From contig LT649266.1 of NCBI GenBank assembly GCA_900128395.1, positions 1-51,846 on the forward strand: a stretch of 51,846 nt of DNA, in the 5' to 3' direction. The stretch is from Stramenopiles sp. TOSAG23-2. Taxonomy: Eukaryota. Within the stretch, counting starts at the first letter, position 1. Each line of letters opens with the position of its first letter. The position numbers were made by a program, and so were the translations under genes. The notes under the pieces are model-generated. The model was not told the DNA's origin. It saw only the letters and a list, made by a program, of their open reading frames with translations, and made no database searches. Below, piece by piece: positions 22,288-32,252 of this stretch.

Positions 22288-24132
22288 ATGAAAGAAGAAG
22301 AAAATAATAATAATATTACAACAACAAAAGCGGAAAGATTAGCAGCAAAAAAAGCAAGAAAATTAGCTAGACGTGCATTGCGTAAACAAGAGGAAGAGGC
22401 AAAGGCAAAAGGATTATCAACGGATACTATTGGTGTTAATATTGAAGCATCTAAATCAGTTATTAATAAACCATTGCCTGAAATACCGTATAATTTGAAA
22501 CCAAATGCTGTTACAATATGTCTATGTTATCAATATAAAGAACCTGCTTGGAGTAAAAAACAACATAAAAATGCAATAACACAAATTTCTAAATTTGCAA
22601 ATCAATATAATATTACAGGTAGAGGACGTTGTGCTAGAGAAGGTTTAAATTGTACATTGACTGCAAGTGCTGAAAACATGAGAAAATTCTGTTATGCATT
22701 GAGAGAATGGGATCCTTTATTTAATGAAACTGATTTCAAATTAAGCGATGGCGAAGTTTCAAGTGCTATGTTTCGTACATTTACGTTGCGAAAAGTAGAA
22801 GAGCTTGTTGGGTATGGTTTAGGTGGGGTCAAAGCTCCTTCTATTAAAAAACATGCAGGTAAACATTTAGAAGCAATTGATTACCATAAACAAATGGAGC
22901 AAAAAGATACGGTAATCATAGATGTTCGAAATAAATATGAATCAGATATTGGACATTTTCAACCACCAAAAAATGGTGCTGAACTTTTGTTACCACCTGT
23001 ACGTAACTCAAATGAATTTCCGAAATGGTTCAATGATCCACAAGTAAAAAAAAAATTACATAATAAAACTGTAATGATGTATTGTACAGGTGGAATACGA
23101 TGTGAACGAGCTACTGCATTATTAAATCAAATGACGGAAGCGGAAGAAGATGGTGGTTTTAAAACAAAAGATGTAGTCATGGCACGCGGTGGCATTGAAC
23201 GATATATAAAAACATTTCCAACTGGTGGTTATTGGAAAGGTAAAAATTATTTATTTGATAAAAGAATGGAGCAAGTACCAGAATTAAAACCTATAAATAA
23301 AACAGATGAAGAGTTGCAAAATGTAACATGTTGTATGTGCGATAAACCATATTCATCGTATCGAGGTCAATTTAAATGTGGAAAATGTTATGTACCCGTC
23401 ATTGTTTGTACAAAATGTCAACATAAGGCAAAACGAAAGCCAGAAGCATGTGTATGTCCATTATGTAAAGAAGGATACGAAGTCCCAGATTTAAAACCAG
23501 ATTTAATTGGCCAAAAACGTAAACTTGGTTTAATAGATACTAGTGGGAAAGATGTAGTCTCAGGAAGTCTTATTACTGGCGGGAGCACGAGTCTCGTATC
23601 AAATAAGAAAGGTAGAATTGATACTAATACTAGTGTGGAACCATCATGTTACCTATTATTAAAGCGTTTACCATTGATAATAACAGCCAATGCACTTCGC
23701 CATTCAATATTACTTTCGTTATTGTTGTATTCATCACCATCATTGGAAGATAGTGATGAAGACTTGTCAATAAAAGACATATCACAAATAATTAAACATG
23801 TAAAATGGAATATTGATAAAGATACAAATACATTTAATGGTAATGCTATTGTCCACCTATCGTCGTTAAAATATGCAAACGCAATTGTAGACTTTCATGA
23901 TCAACAAAATGGTTTAATAGTATTTTCATCAGATTCTGACGCATTGCAAGTAATACGTAAAGCAAAGGGTGCTATTAAGTATCAAGGAAAGAAGAATGTA
24001 AATTATTTAGAAATTTGTAAGAAAATTAAAAAAAAAAAATTAGGACGTCGTATGAATGTTACTTTTATGAAAAAAGATAAGGATTTATTATTATTTGAAG
24101 AAAAAGAATTAGAATATCCACCGGTATTATAG
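22288..24132 (+). CDS. UPF0176/TrhO-TSTD2-type rhodanese-domain protein
   Basis: GRGRCAREGLNCTL, IDVRNKYESDIGHF, active-site YCTGGIRCE, GGIERY, WKGKNYLFDKR and a Cys-rich C-terminal domain. Confidence 0.92.
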   Translation: MKEEENNNNITTTKAERLAAKKARKLARRALRKQEEEAKAKGLSTDTIGVNIEASKSVINKPLPEIPYNLKPNAVTICLCYQYKEPAWSKKQHKNAITQISKFANQYNITGRGRCAREGLNCTLTASAENMRKFCYALREWDPLFNETDFKLSDGEVSSAMFRTFTLRKVEELVGYGLGGVKAPSIKKHAGKHLEAIDYHKQMEQKDTVIIDVRNKYESDIGHFQPPKNGAELLLPPVRNSNEFPKWFNDPQVKKKLHNKTVMMYCTGGIRCERATALLNQMTEAEEDGGFKTKDVVMARGGIERYIKTFPTGGYWKGKNYLFDKRMEQVPELKPINKTDEELQNVTCCMCDKPYSSYRGQFKCGKCYVPVIVCTKCQHKAKRKPEACVCPLCKEGYEVPDLKPDLIGQKRKLGLIDTSGKDVVSGSLITGGSTSLVSNKKGRIDTNTSVEPSCYLLLKRLPLIITANALRHSILLSLLLYSSPSLEDSDEDLSIKDISQIIKHVKWNIDKDTNTFNGNAIVHLSSLKYANAIVDFHDQQNGLIVFSSDSDALQVIRKAKGAIKYQGKKNVNYLEICKKIKKKKLGRRMNVTFMKKDKDLLLFEEKELEYPPVL

Positions 24133-24140
24133 CACTATAA

Positions 24141-24355
24141 TATGAAATATTTTATTATGTGGCTGTAAGTAGTTTGTATATATATATTTGCCTGTCTCTT
24201 AACCTGTATGTATCTTTTTTTTCATCCCCCCCCCACATCTTTAGTATGATGATTTAAAGTGTAATGAAATTTATGGCAAGACTAATACTCTTGACACTTA
24301 TGATACATGGGTCAATCGCATCGATAGTTCACAGCGACCCCATAATATCGATTAA
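24141..24355 (+). pseudogene. Orphan gene 3' fragment with a candidate 80-nt intron
   Basis: GTAAGT donor at 24165, a polypyrimidine tract, and TTTAG acceptor at 24244. The spliced frame YEIFYYVA/YDDLKCNEIYGKTNTLDTYDTWVNRIDSSQRPHNID* has no start codon. Confidence 0.4.
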
Positions 24356-24468
24356 AGTCCATATTCATACACCGTCTGACTTTAGATTGGAATCTCTCTA
24401 TTATATATTAGATACATATTATGTTTGAGATAAATTTTACGATTGATGGTTTGCTAACAATATATATA

Positions 24469-24635
24469 TTACAACTTTATGAAGGAGGACCTCTTTCACT
24501 TAGCTCTGAATCACAGACAGAGGAACCATCTTTTGAATACTAAATAATTTTTACTGAAACTTTATAAATCATTTTTGATTTGAGATGTTAATGAACGGGA
24601 GTAAAAGAATTTTATATAACATATGAGTAAGAGAA
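24469..24635 (+). repeat. Dispersed repeat A, copy 1
   Basis: 24469-24567 equals 29399-29497 with 1 mismatch, and 24588-24635 equals 29503-29550 with 1 mismatch. It encodes LQLYEGGPLSLSSESQTEEPSFEY* followed by UTR-like sequence. Confidence 0.92.
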
Positions 24636-24836
24636 AAAGACACAGTGCAGAAATATATTATAAAAAATAAAAATTTTAGATATTTACGGGAATACGAAGC
24701 TGGTGATATACAGAGAAAACGAGACGGAAAGTAAAAATTATTACCCACACAAGAGAGGTGGTATGATACTAAATTTTTAAAAATAATTTGTGTATATCTA
24801 TATACTCGTAATATTTATTTTGTGTATATATATAAT

Positions 24837-24891
24837 ATATAATTTAATTTACGCATAATTTATTTTTAATTTACTCATGATAATTCCTACT
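24837..24891 (-). repeat. 55-bp inverted copy of 26446-26500
   Basis: Its reverse complement AGTAGGAATTATCATGAGTAAATTAAAAATAAATTATGCGTAAATTAAATTATAT matches 26446-26500. Confidence 0.92.
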
Positions 24892-25080
24892 CTTCAAAAG
24901 AATAAAATAACTGAAATAATCTATCTCACACAAGTGTGTTGATATTCTCATAATCGAAAATACCAATGAAGGTAAATAGATAGTATATATTTTTCACAAC
25001 CGTGCACTTCAAGATCTTTATCCGACTAGTTACCGATTGTTGTTCACAACAGGATCTTTCACTTTGACAGCCTCACCGCT

Positions 25081-25252
25081 NNNNNNNNNNNNNNNNNNNN
25101 NNNNNNNNNNNNNNNNNNNNNNNNNNNNNNNNNNNNNNNNNNNNNNNNNNNNNNNNNNNNNNNNNNNNNNNNNNNNNNNNNNNNNNNNNNNNNNNNNNNN
25201 NNNNNNNNNNNNNNNNNNNNNNNNNNNNNNNNNNNNNNNNNNNNNNNNNNNN
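25081..25252. other. Assembly gap (N run)
   Basis: Run of N characters. Confidence 1.
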
Positions 25253-25793
25253 GGAAGGATAGAAACCTACTTGTGCTTGTAGAGTATTAGTTTGCAGAGG
25301 TGCATTAGAGCTTTACTATAGTAGGATATAACATATTATTCTTGCGATTGAGTATTGAGCATATTACTTTAACACGAGAAGTATAAAAATATTATAACTT
25401 ACTTCGTAGATTTTAACCATTTTATTTTATATTTAAAAAATATATATATAATTTTCTCAACAAATACAAAAACCGATAGCTCACGAATTGAGAACTCCCA
25501 TGATGATGACCGGGGCATAACGGGATTTTTTAAAGACGGAAATCAATATAAGGAATTGCATGAGGACATGAATTTACAAAAATTTCAAAACGATATGAAT
25601 AATGATGATGAATCTTCTTCATTGCCAAAATATGCGTAGAAAGTGCTGTAAAAGTATGAGTGTAATATTTAAATAAATAAATATAATAAAACTAAACTGA
25701 AGAATATATAAACGAATTGAGAACTCCCATGATGAGATATATATAAATAATTTCCTATGTTTATACGTACCAGTATAATAAATAAGTATTTAA

Positions 25794-25916
25794 AAATCAT
25801 TTTTGATTTGAGATGTTAATGAACGGGAGTATAAAAGAAATTTATACGCTCGTATAATATAATGAGTAAGAGAACATTTTATATAATTTTCTCTTACTCA
25901 TATAATATTATACGTA
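25794..25916. repeat. Partial copy of repeat A followed by an inverted copy of its end (hairpin)
   Basis: AAATCATTTTTGATTTGAGATGTTAATGAACGGGAGT as at ~24566. ATGAGTAAGAGAA (25862-25874) pairs with TTCTCTTACTCAT (25889-25901). Confidence 0.85.
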
Positions 25917-25920
25917 TATA

Positions 25921-26500
25921 TTACGTGAACTTCTATTTTATGTCGATACAACAATTACAAACAAAACCCAACCTAAGATACCAAAACTACGAAAATTAAC
26001 CGTCGAGAATGATCCTCTTGACTGCTGCCAAAACTTATTGATGAATACGATGGTCGTTAACAACCACATTTTCCAAGCTTCAAAATTAAAATTACAAAAG
26101 TACAAAAGAAGCCATGAAAATGCACGTGCTAACGGTTCTCGCTCTAATGCATCAATAGTTCCATTCGCAGTCGATACGCTAGGAAATTTTTGCTCTATTG
26201 CTATTACCTTCTTAAAAGCAATTGCTAAAACAAAGTTTGCAAAAATCTCGAACAAAGCCGAAGTAAGGGAGCTCGCAGCTTCTAATTGGATTTCTACTAC
26301 GTGTAGAGATATACAAACCGCGATTATTAAGACTTGCGCCTATAATAATCGTTTTGCTTTAAAATGTGCATTTGGTGAGTCGTATAATGAATTGTACCCT
26401 GGTACAATTTATTCTCCGCCTTCCTATGATGCCCATTTTTTATCAAGTAGGAATTATCATGAGTAAATTAAAAATAAATTATGCGTAAATTAAATTATAT
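25921..26500 (+). mobile_element. 5'-truncated non-LTR retrotransposon fragment, restriction-like endonuclease (CRE/R2-type) C-terminus
   Basis: Open frame 25921-26466: YVDTTIT...ASKLKLQKY...IVPFAVDTLGNFCSIAITFLKAIAK fits the RLE pattern D(V/T)T...KxxKY...PxxxET(L)G. No RT domain is visible. Confidence 0.65.
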
Positions 26501-26514
26501 TACGTACTTTTAAT

Positions 26515-29286
26515 TTAACTAAATAATTTTAACAAATTCCAACCCTCAGTATCGTCCTGCGAATCTTCTTGTGAACTGTCCCAATCTTGCATTTTTGGTG
26601 GTCGATAGCGTTTTGTGGAAACAATGGTGATTACGCAACCCATATACCGAGCATCTTGCATTATTTCTATCCGAACCGTATCCACCTCCACGTCATTCAC
26701 TCGCAATACCATCACAATTTTATCATCTTCTTCCAAAGTCCCAGTCAAAAATTGATACAATAGTGGCAGAAAATTTCCAAAGGTTAAGGTGTTGGTTTTG
26801 ACTCGCTGCATGATCGTAGTATAATCCCCGTAGTATTCCGCAGCCTGTGGGCTGCGGTACACCAAACTCTGCAACCAATTTTCCACATGCATGTCATGAA
26901 TCACAAACATCCGGGCCTTTGATTCTGGACCATGGACTTGCACCAGTTTCTCCAAAAACTCTTGGTATTGTTTCGGATTAGAAACCTCAGTAGGGTATCC
27001 TTTAAACTTTCGCAGCGTTTTATGCATCCACTCTCGCACATCGTATTCCCCAAAGTCCGTCGGTACTTCTTCTTCGATGACACTTCCAACCAATGCGTGC
27101 ATCGCGTCAATTTCCGGGGTTTTTTCCACGATCACCGCAGTATAAAATTGTTTCGAGGCATCGGTATGAAAGGTTATGGTAAAGGTCCGACACATTCCAT
27201 CCTTGCATTGAATGTCCCGCTCTATTTCTGGAATCCGTCCACTCCAGATCGGCCGTAACACCACGTTCCACATGACGTGCATGGGGTTACGAATTGGTTT
27301 GATATTTGTTGAAATTTCGAAAATATTTCCAAAACAATGTAGAAATTCATCCGAATAATGCAGAGACGTCTCAAAGGTAGACTGCGACAAATCGGAAGTC
27401 ACGTACATTCCCGTGTATCGAGACTGAACTTGCTCTAATGTTATTGAGGATGACGACGGACGATAAAACCATTTCAACACGTTCCATCCCCATCGCGTAG
27501 CAGAAAGAATGGAACTCCCCGATCCATTCAATTTCTTTCGTTGATTTTCGAGATGCAATGGCAAGTTGTAATTCTGCTTTCCCTCCACCACCAGCACGTA
27601 GAATCGCTTGCTCTTCGAGCGGAACTGTCGCAAGACATAGGTATGCATCTTTCCTTCACGCATCACGTCTCGATGTAAGCGTGGGGTCCTTCCTTGCAAC
27701 AATGGTTTCAAAAACCCTGTCCACATAAAGGTGGTGGAGTACCCCTCCTCCCCGAACACGGTATAGATATTTTGCTGGGGCCCGAATTGTTGGACGTATG
27801 CGTTCGAGGCATACACGTGAGAGGCTTCAAACGTTGTCGCTTTTAAATCCCAAATGCAAAACCATGCACGTTCTTTGTACAGGTCCACCATTTGTGCTAA
27901 CGTTCCACCATCACCAGCAAAGTATTGCATCACCTTGAACCCCCACAACGCTATATTCTTCGCAGACAATGTTCCAAACTGATGGGTGGTTACGATTGTG
28001 GGGAAGTCATACTCTGGTGATTCACGTACCAAGCCGCAAACGTATCGGGGGATATTACGATGTTTCACCAATCGAACATCCACAATAATATCCTCGGCCA
28101 ACCGCAACTCAAAGGTACCTTTGGCGATGTTGGCTAGTAACGAGATATAAAACGAGGTGGATCGAAGATTTTCTTTGAACAAATATTCCAAATTGTGATG
28201 GGATTCCGCTTGTGATTTTGGCAAAGTAACTTGAGAATGTGCAAACGTTGATGAGGACAAATCGCCTAGGTGAAAGCATCGCCGGCCTGCGTCCATTCCA
28301 AGTTCGTTTTGTATGATTTGGAGCGGATTGGGTTCTGGGGCTAACGAGGGTATCCCCATCATTTTTTTCACAAAGACAAATACACTCGCTTCCACGAGTC
28401 CACCAGATGGAGACATGGTTTGTTCTTGGTTGCCAGGCACCATGCTCACGTCCAAAGGCAAGTCGTCCTGGTCGATCACATCCAACCAACTTTGTACTGG
28501 ATATCCTACCAGTTGGGATATGGCAAACCGGGCTTTGGTATCGTCGTTGTCCGGTAATGCGGCAAAACATTTGACAGCCGAGGCATCGGTTCCTTGGATT
28601 GTTTCACACAATAGTAATCCTTCTTTTTTCCCAGTATGCCAATACGTACATGAGTTTTTGTATGCAAGTGGCTCACCAACAAGACCAAGTTTTTTCGGCT
28701 TCTTTTGCTTCAACAAGTGTGTCAGCAATACCTTTGCCAACGACGATTTCCCAAAGAAGTGTAACACCACAGTATGGAAATTGATTGTTTGTTGTTGTTG
28801 TTGTAAAGTTTCTTCCACCCGACCCATGAGTTGACTGTTAAGAAAGCGCACAATAACGTCAGTCGGTTGCCCTGTGCTTTCCATGACTTTCCATACTTTT
28901 CGACGCATTTTATTGACGCGTACAGTCCATGGTAAGGTACACAATACAGAAGACTTGTATGAATGACCATATTTTCCATCATGATCCGTCCAAAAAATAA
29001 CACTATTTTTTGTATATCTACGCATCGGCTCGGGCTCTTCCGATCGCAATGTATGGAGTAAATTACCCTTTCGAACACTTACGGTCCAACGATTTATTTT
29101 CTCTTCCGGTATATGAATTTTTTCTCTTTCCAGTTGCAATTGACACGGTACCACCGACTGTTTTTTTAAATACTCATGAATGTCCTCTACCAACGTGTTT
29201 TTCTTTAGTCTTTTCACTATTTTTTTCTTAATTGTTACATCAACCAATGAGGTCTTTTCGTTTCGTCTTTTAGGCTTTCTCTTCAT
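26515..29286 (-). CDS. Orphan 923-aa protein with four tandem PAS-like repeats; GC-richer than its neighbours
   Basis: Long intact ORF with first ATG at 29286 and a basic NLS-like start (MKRKPKRR). It has four ~130-150-aa internally similar units. Spot counts give ~45-50% GC versus ~30% in a neighbouring gene. Confidence 0.8.
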   Translation of the reverse strand: MKRKPKRRNEKTSLVDVTIKKKIVKRLKKNTLVEDIHEYLKKQSVVPCQLQLEREKIHIPEEKINRWTVSVRKGNLLHTLRSEEPEPMRRYTKNSVIFWTDHDGKYGHSYKSSVLCTLPWTVRVNKMRRKVWKVMESTGQPTDVIVRFLNSQLMGRVEETLQQQQQTINFHTVVLHFFGKSSLAKVLLTHLLKQKKPKKLGLVGEPLAYKNSCTYWHTGKKEGLLLCETIQGTDASAVKCFAALPDNDDTKARFAISQLVGYPVQSWLDVIDQDDLPLDVSMVPGNQEQTMSPSGGLVEASVFVFVKKMMGIPSLAPEPNPLQIIQNELGMDAGRRCFHLGDLSSSTFAHSQVTLPKSQAESHHNLEYLFKENLRSTSFYISLLANIAKGTFELRLAEDIIVDVRLVKHRNIPRYVCGLVRESPEYDFPTIVTTHQFGTLSAKNIALWGFKVMQYFAGDGGTLAQMVDLYKERAWFCIWDLKATTFEASHVYASNAYVQQFGPQQNIYTVFGEEGYSTTFMWTGFLKPLLQGRTPRLHRDVMREGKMHTYVLRQFRSKSKRFYVLVVEGKQNYNLPLHLENQRKKLNGSGSSILSATRWGWNVLKWFYRPSSSSITLEQVQSRYTGMYVTSDLSQSTFETSLHYSDEFLHCFGNIFEISTNIKPIRNPMHVMWNVVLRPIWSGRIPEIERDIQCKDGMCRTFTITFHTDASKQFYTAVIVEKTPEIDAMHALVGSVIEEEVPTDFGEYDVREWMHKTLRKFKGYPTEVSNPKQYQEFLEKLVQVHGPESKARMFVIHDMHVENWLQSLVYRSPQAAEYYGDYTTIMQRVKTNTLTFGNFLPLLYQFLTGTLEEDDKIVMVLRVNDVEVDTVRIEIMQDARYMGCVITIVSTKRYRPPKMQDWDSSQEDSQDDTEGWNLLKLFS

Positions 29287-29398
29287 GATATGAATGGTGT
29301 TTATTTGATCTAGTTCTCTGTAAACATATAATATATATATATATATTATATATATTAACGACAATACAAAAACATTTAGATTGATTAAAGAATGTGAC

Positions 29399-29550
29399 TT
29401 ACAACTTTATGAAGGAGGACCTCTTTCACTTAGCTCTGAATCACAGACAGAGGAACAATCTTTTGAATACTAAATAATTTTTACTGAAACTTTATAAGGA
29501 TTTTAATGAACGGGAGTAAAAGAAATTTATATAACATATGAGTAAGAGAA
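29399..29550 (+). repeat. Dispersed repeat A, copy 2
   Basis: Direct repeat of 24469-24635 lacking an internal segment; followed by CATTTTATA and (TA)n. Confidence 0.92.
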
Positions 29551-29907
29551 CATTTTATAAATATATATATATATATATATTCCACTTAAGTTTCACGTAA
29601 ATATGCACTCTCGTCACACTTTTTTACATTGTTGTCCAATGAAATAGCATTACAAGAAGGGTATTTTGACGATATCGTTATAAATAGGGTATTTTATACT
29701 TTTTTTGTCAACAAAAAATGAAGTGCACAAGTGTATTAATACATAATAAAATTAATTATTATCATATGAACTTAGATTTAAACCATCAAATATATATATG
29801 CATATTAATATATATTTTAAAGTACATGTATACGCAGCATGTAAAGAATGAACATATACATCTAGACACACCAGCGCACTTCTTCTACTCGTAAATCTCT
29901 TTCTGTT

Positions 29908-30937
29908 TTAATCGTTTAAATCACCATTACCTCCTCCTACGTATCTACCATTTCTATCATGCCAATTTGATTTTCCACCTTTTGAACGTATAAGTGCAAT
30001 GATCTCTTGGCGAATTGGACTAGTATTCCATTGATATGCCCTGTCCCGGGGAGTGAATCCCCTGGACGACATCTTATTAATGCTAGCATTAGTCATATGA
30101 TTTAACAAGAACTGAATCAACTCAGTACTTGTTGTGCTATAACGTGCTGCATAATGTAATGCATTCCAACCACCACTATTTGCAATATTAGGATCAGCTT
30201 CACCATGTTCAATTAAACATTTAACTATTTGGAAATGTTCGTTCTCTGCAGCTGCCATTAAAGATGTACAATCATAACCATAACTATCTTTACTGACACG
30301 ACTCACCATTTCTTTCAATGTCATCCCATCTCTGTAGCCATTCACATCGCGATTAGTAATATACTTGTGAAAAGGATGAAGAATTATAAATAATTCTACA
30401 TCATCCATACGTCCGCGTTGACATGCACATACGATAGGTGTTGGCATTAGATTTCTGCATACTGTACCACGTTTCTACATCATCCATACGTCCGCGTTGA
30501 CATGCACATACGATAGGTGTTGGCATTAGATTTCTGCCATGTACTGTACCACGTGGAAACTCTCTTTTATAACTTTCAATTAATAAATAAAGTGTTCTCG
30601 CTGGATGTGAAAGTCTCATCTCATTTATACTTCGTCTACCTTTATAATCAATACTCAAGGCTTCATAACGTACGCGTTCAAAATCATCACATCCATATGC
30701 TTTTCTACATTGTTGTATTAAAGAAGATCGTTTTACATTACATAATGATCGAATATCTAAATGTAGAAGTATTTTTGTCATGATCCCGCAGGCAGACTCA
30801 AAGCCAGCTGGTAAAACTAATGTACCAATTTCAATAGGTTCCGCACGTTCTTCTTGTAACGCTTTGATGGTTGCTGTTCGTAATTTCGTACGTTGTCGTT
30901 TCGCATGTGGTGGAGGTGCGGTAGTCATTGATGCCAT
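29908..30937 (-). pseudogene. Ankyrin-repeat protein with F-box-like N-terminal segment, frameshifted by a 79-bp tandem duplication
   Basis: TPIVCAC..GR, TSLMAAAENEHFQIVKCLI and WNALHYAA ankyrin motifs, plus IMTKILLHLDIRSL. Removing 30394-30472 fuses the two ORFs in frame. Confidence 0.8.
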
Positions 30938-31236
30938 GGTTGTATATATATATATATATATGGTTATATATATATATATGTATATCTTTATTCCTTTCTA
31001 TACATTATGTATATATCGTATATATTAATACTACAATTCTATAACAATACGGTATTAGTATATATATATATTCTTCGCTCTTGTGTGGTGTGGTAGTGAC
31101 ATTGCTGGCTGGATTGAAGTAAATTTTTTTTTTTCCAAGTATGATAATTCTAATAATGATAATTGAAGTATTTAAATGGTGGGAGGAAATGCGGAAAATC
31201 CTGCTGAAAAAATTCCTATTTCCTATTTTATAAATA

Positions 31237-31507
31237 ACTAATAAGTACAAATTACACATATTTTACTATCAAATCTCGTGCATTATAATTCCTATATTCT
31301 ACGAAAATCATGAATTTTTGGAAAATTTGTTACATTTATATTTTTAATCCAAGAAGATGCAGTTGATAAATAAATATTTAGTATACTAATAAGTACAAAT
31401 TACACATATTTTACTATCAAACCTCGTGCATTATAATTCCTATATTCTACGAAAATCATGAATTTTTGGAAAATTTGTTACATTTATATTTTTAATCCAA
31501 GAAGATG
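31237..31507. repeat. Direct duplication, 2 x 123 bp (period 148)
   Basis: 31237-31359 and 31385-31507 are near-identical. Confidence 0.92.
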
Positions 31508-31718
31508 GCATAAACGCATCCTGGGAATTGAGCATTTTTGTAAAGGGCACGACGGTGATTTTATACATATAAAGAATATTTTTTTTGATCAACAGAAAGT
31601 GAAATGACACAATGGTGAAGTTGTACATCTATTTAAGTAATCCATCACAAAAACAATTTCATTTCAGACATTTTCACACTTTCCCATCATATTTACATGT
31701 TTATTTTTTAATTATATG

Positions 31719-32005
31719 TTGTTTTTTTCCCCTCAAATATTGGTTGAAATCTCTGGTCTAAGTACGGAGTAGTTGTATACTAGAGATATTTACCTATATA
31801 ATATGTTATTTATCAATATCGGCCAGAAAAGTCCTCTCTCAGATACATGGGGTCATATATATATCAATTTTTGTTTTTTTCCCCTCAAATATTGGTTGAA
31901 ATCTCTGGTCTAAGTACGGAGTAGTTGTATACTAGAAATATTTACCTATATAATATGTTATTTATCAACATCGGCCAGATACTTTCAGATATACGGGGTC
32001 GTATA
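31719..32005. repeat. Direct duplication, 2 x ~140 bp (period 152)
   Basis: TTGTTTTTTTCCCCTCAAATATTGGTTGAAATCTCTGG... at 31719 and 31871, with a few substitutions and an indel. Confidence 0.9.
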
Positions 32006-32078
32006 AAATAAGTTTTTTTTTATATAAAAAATGTTTTACTATTGTATGTGATATATATAATATCTTTTTATATGTTTT

Positions 32079-32220
32079 CTACATCTTTTTCTTCTTGTTT
32101 GAATTATTGCCATTATTATTCCCATTTGCAGTTGTCGATGTACTATTTCCATCATTATTTTTAGTATCATTACTACTAGAAATTTCACTACTATCCCTTT
32201 TCTTTTTTTTTTCTTGTTGG

Positions 32221-32252
<32 letters not shown>

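Noticed and set aside
26614-28401. Repeats as LOV photoreceptor domains
   Set aside because: The flavin-adduct GxNCRFLQ motif is absent from all four units.
29287-29364. N-terminal extension of the 949-aa track ORF
   Set aside because: Non-ATG start running through a (TA)n tract (YIYI); the ATG at 29286 is more credible.
24469-29550. Direct repeats as LTRs of an LTR retrotransposon
   Set aside because: No TG...CA termini, PBS/PPT or gag-pol between them, and a third partial copy lies inside.
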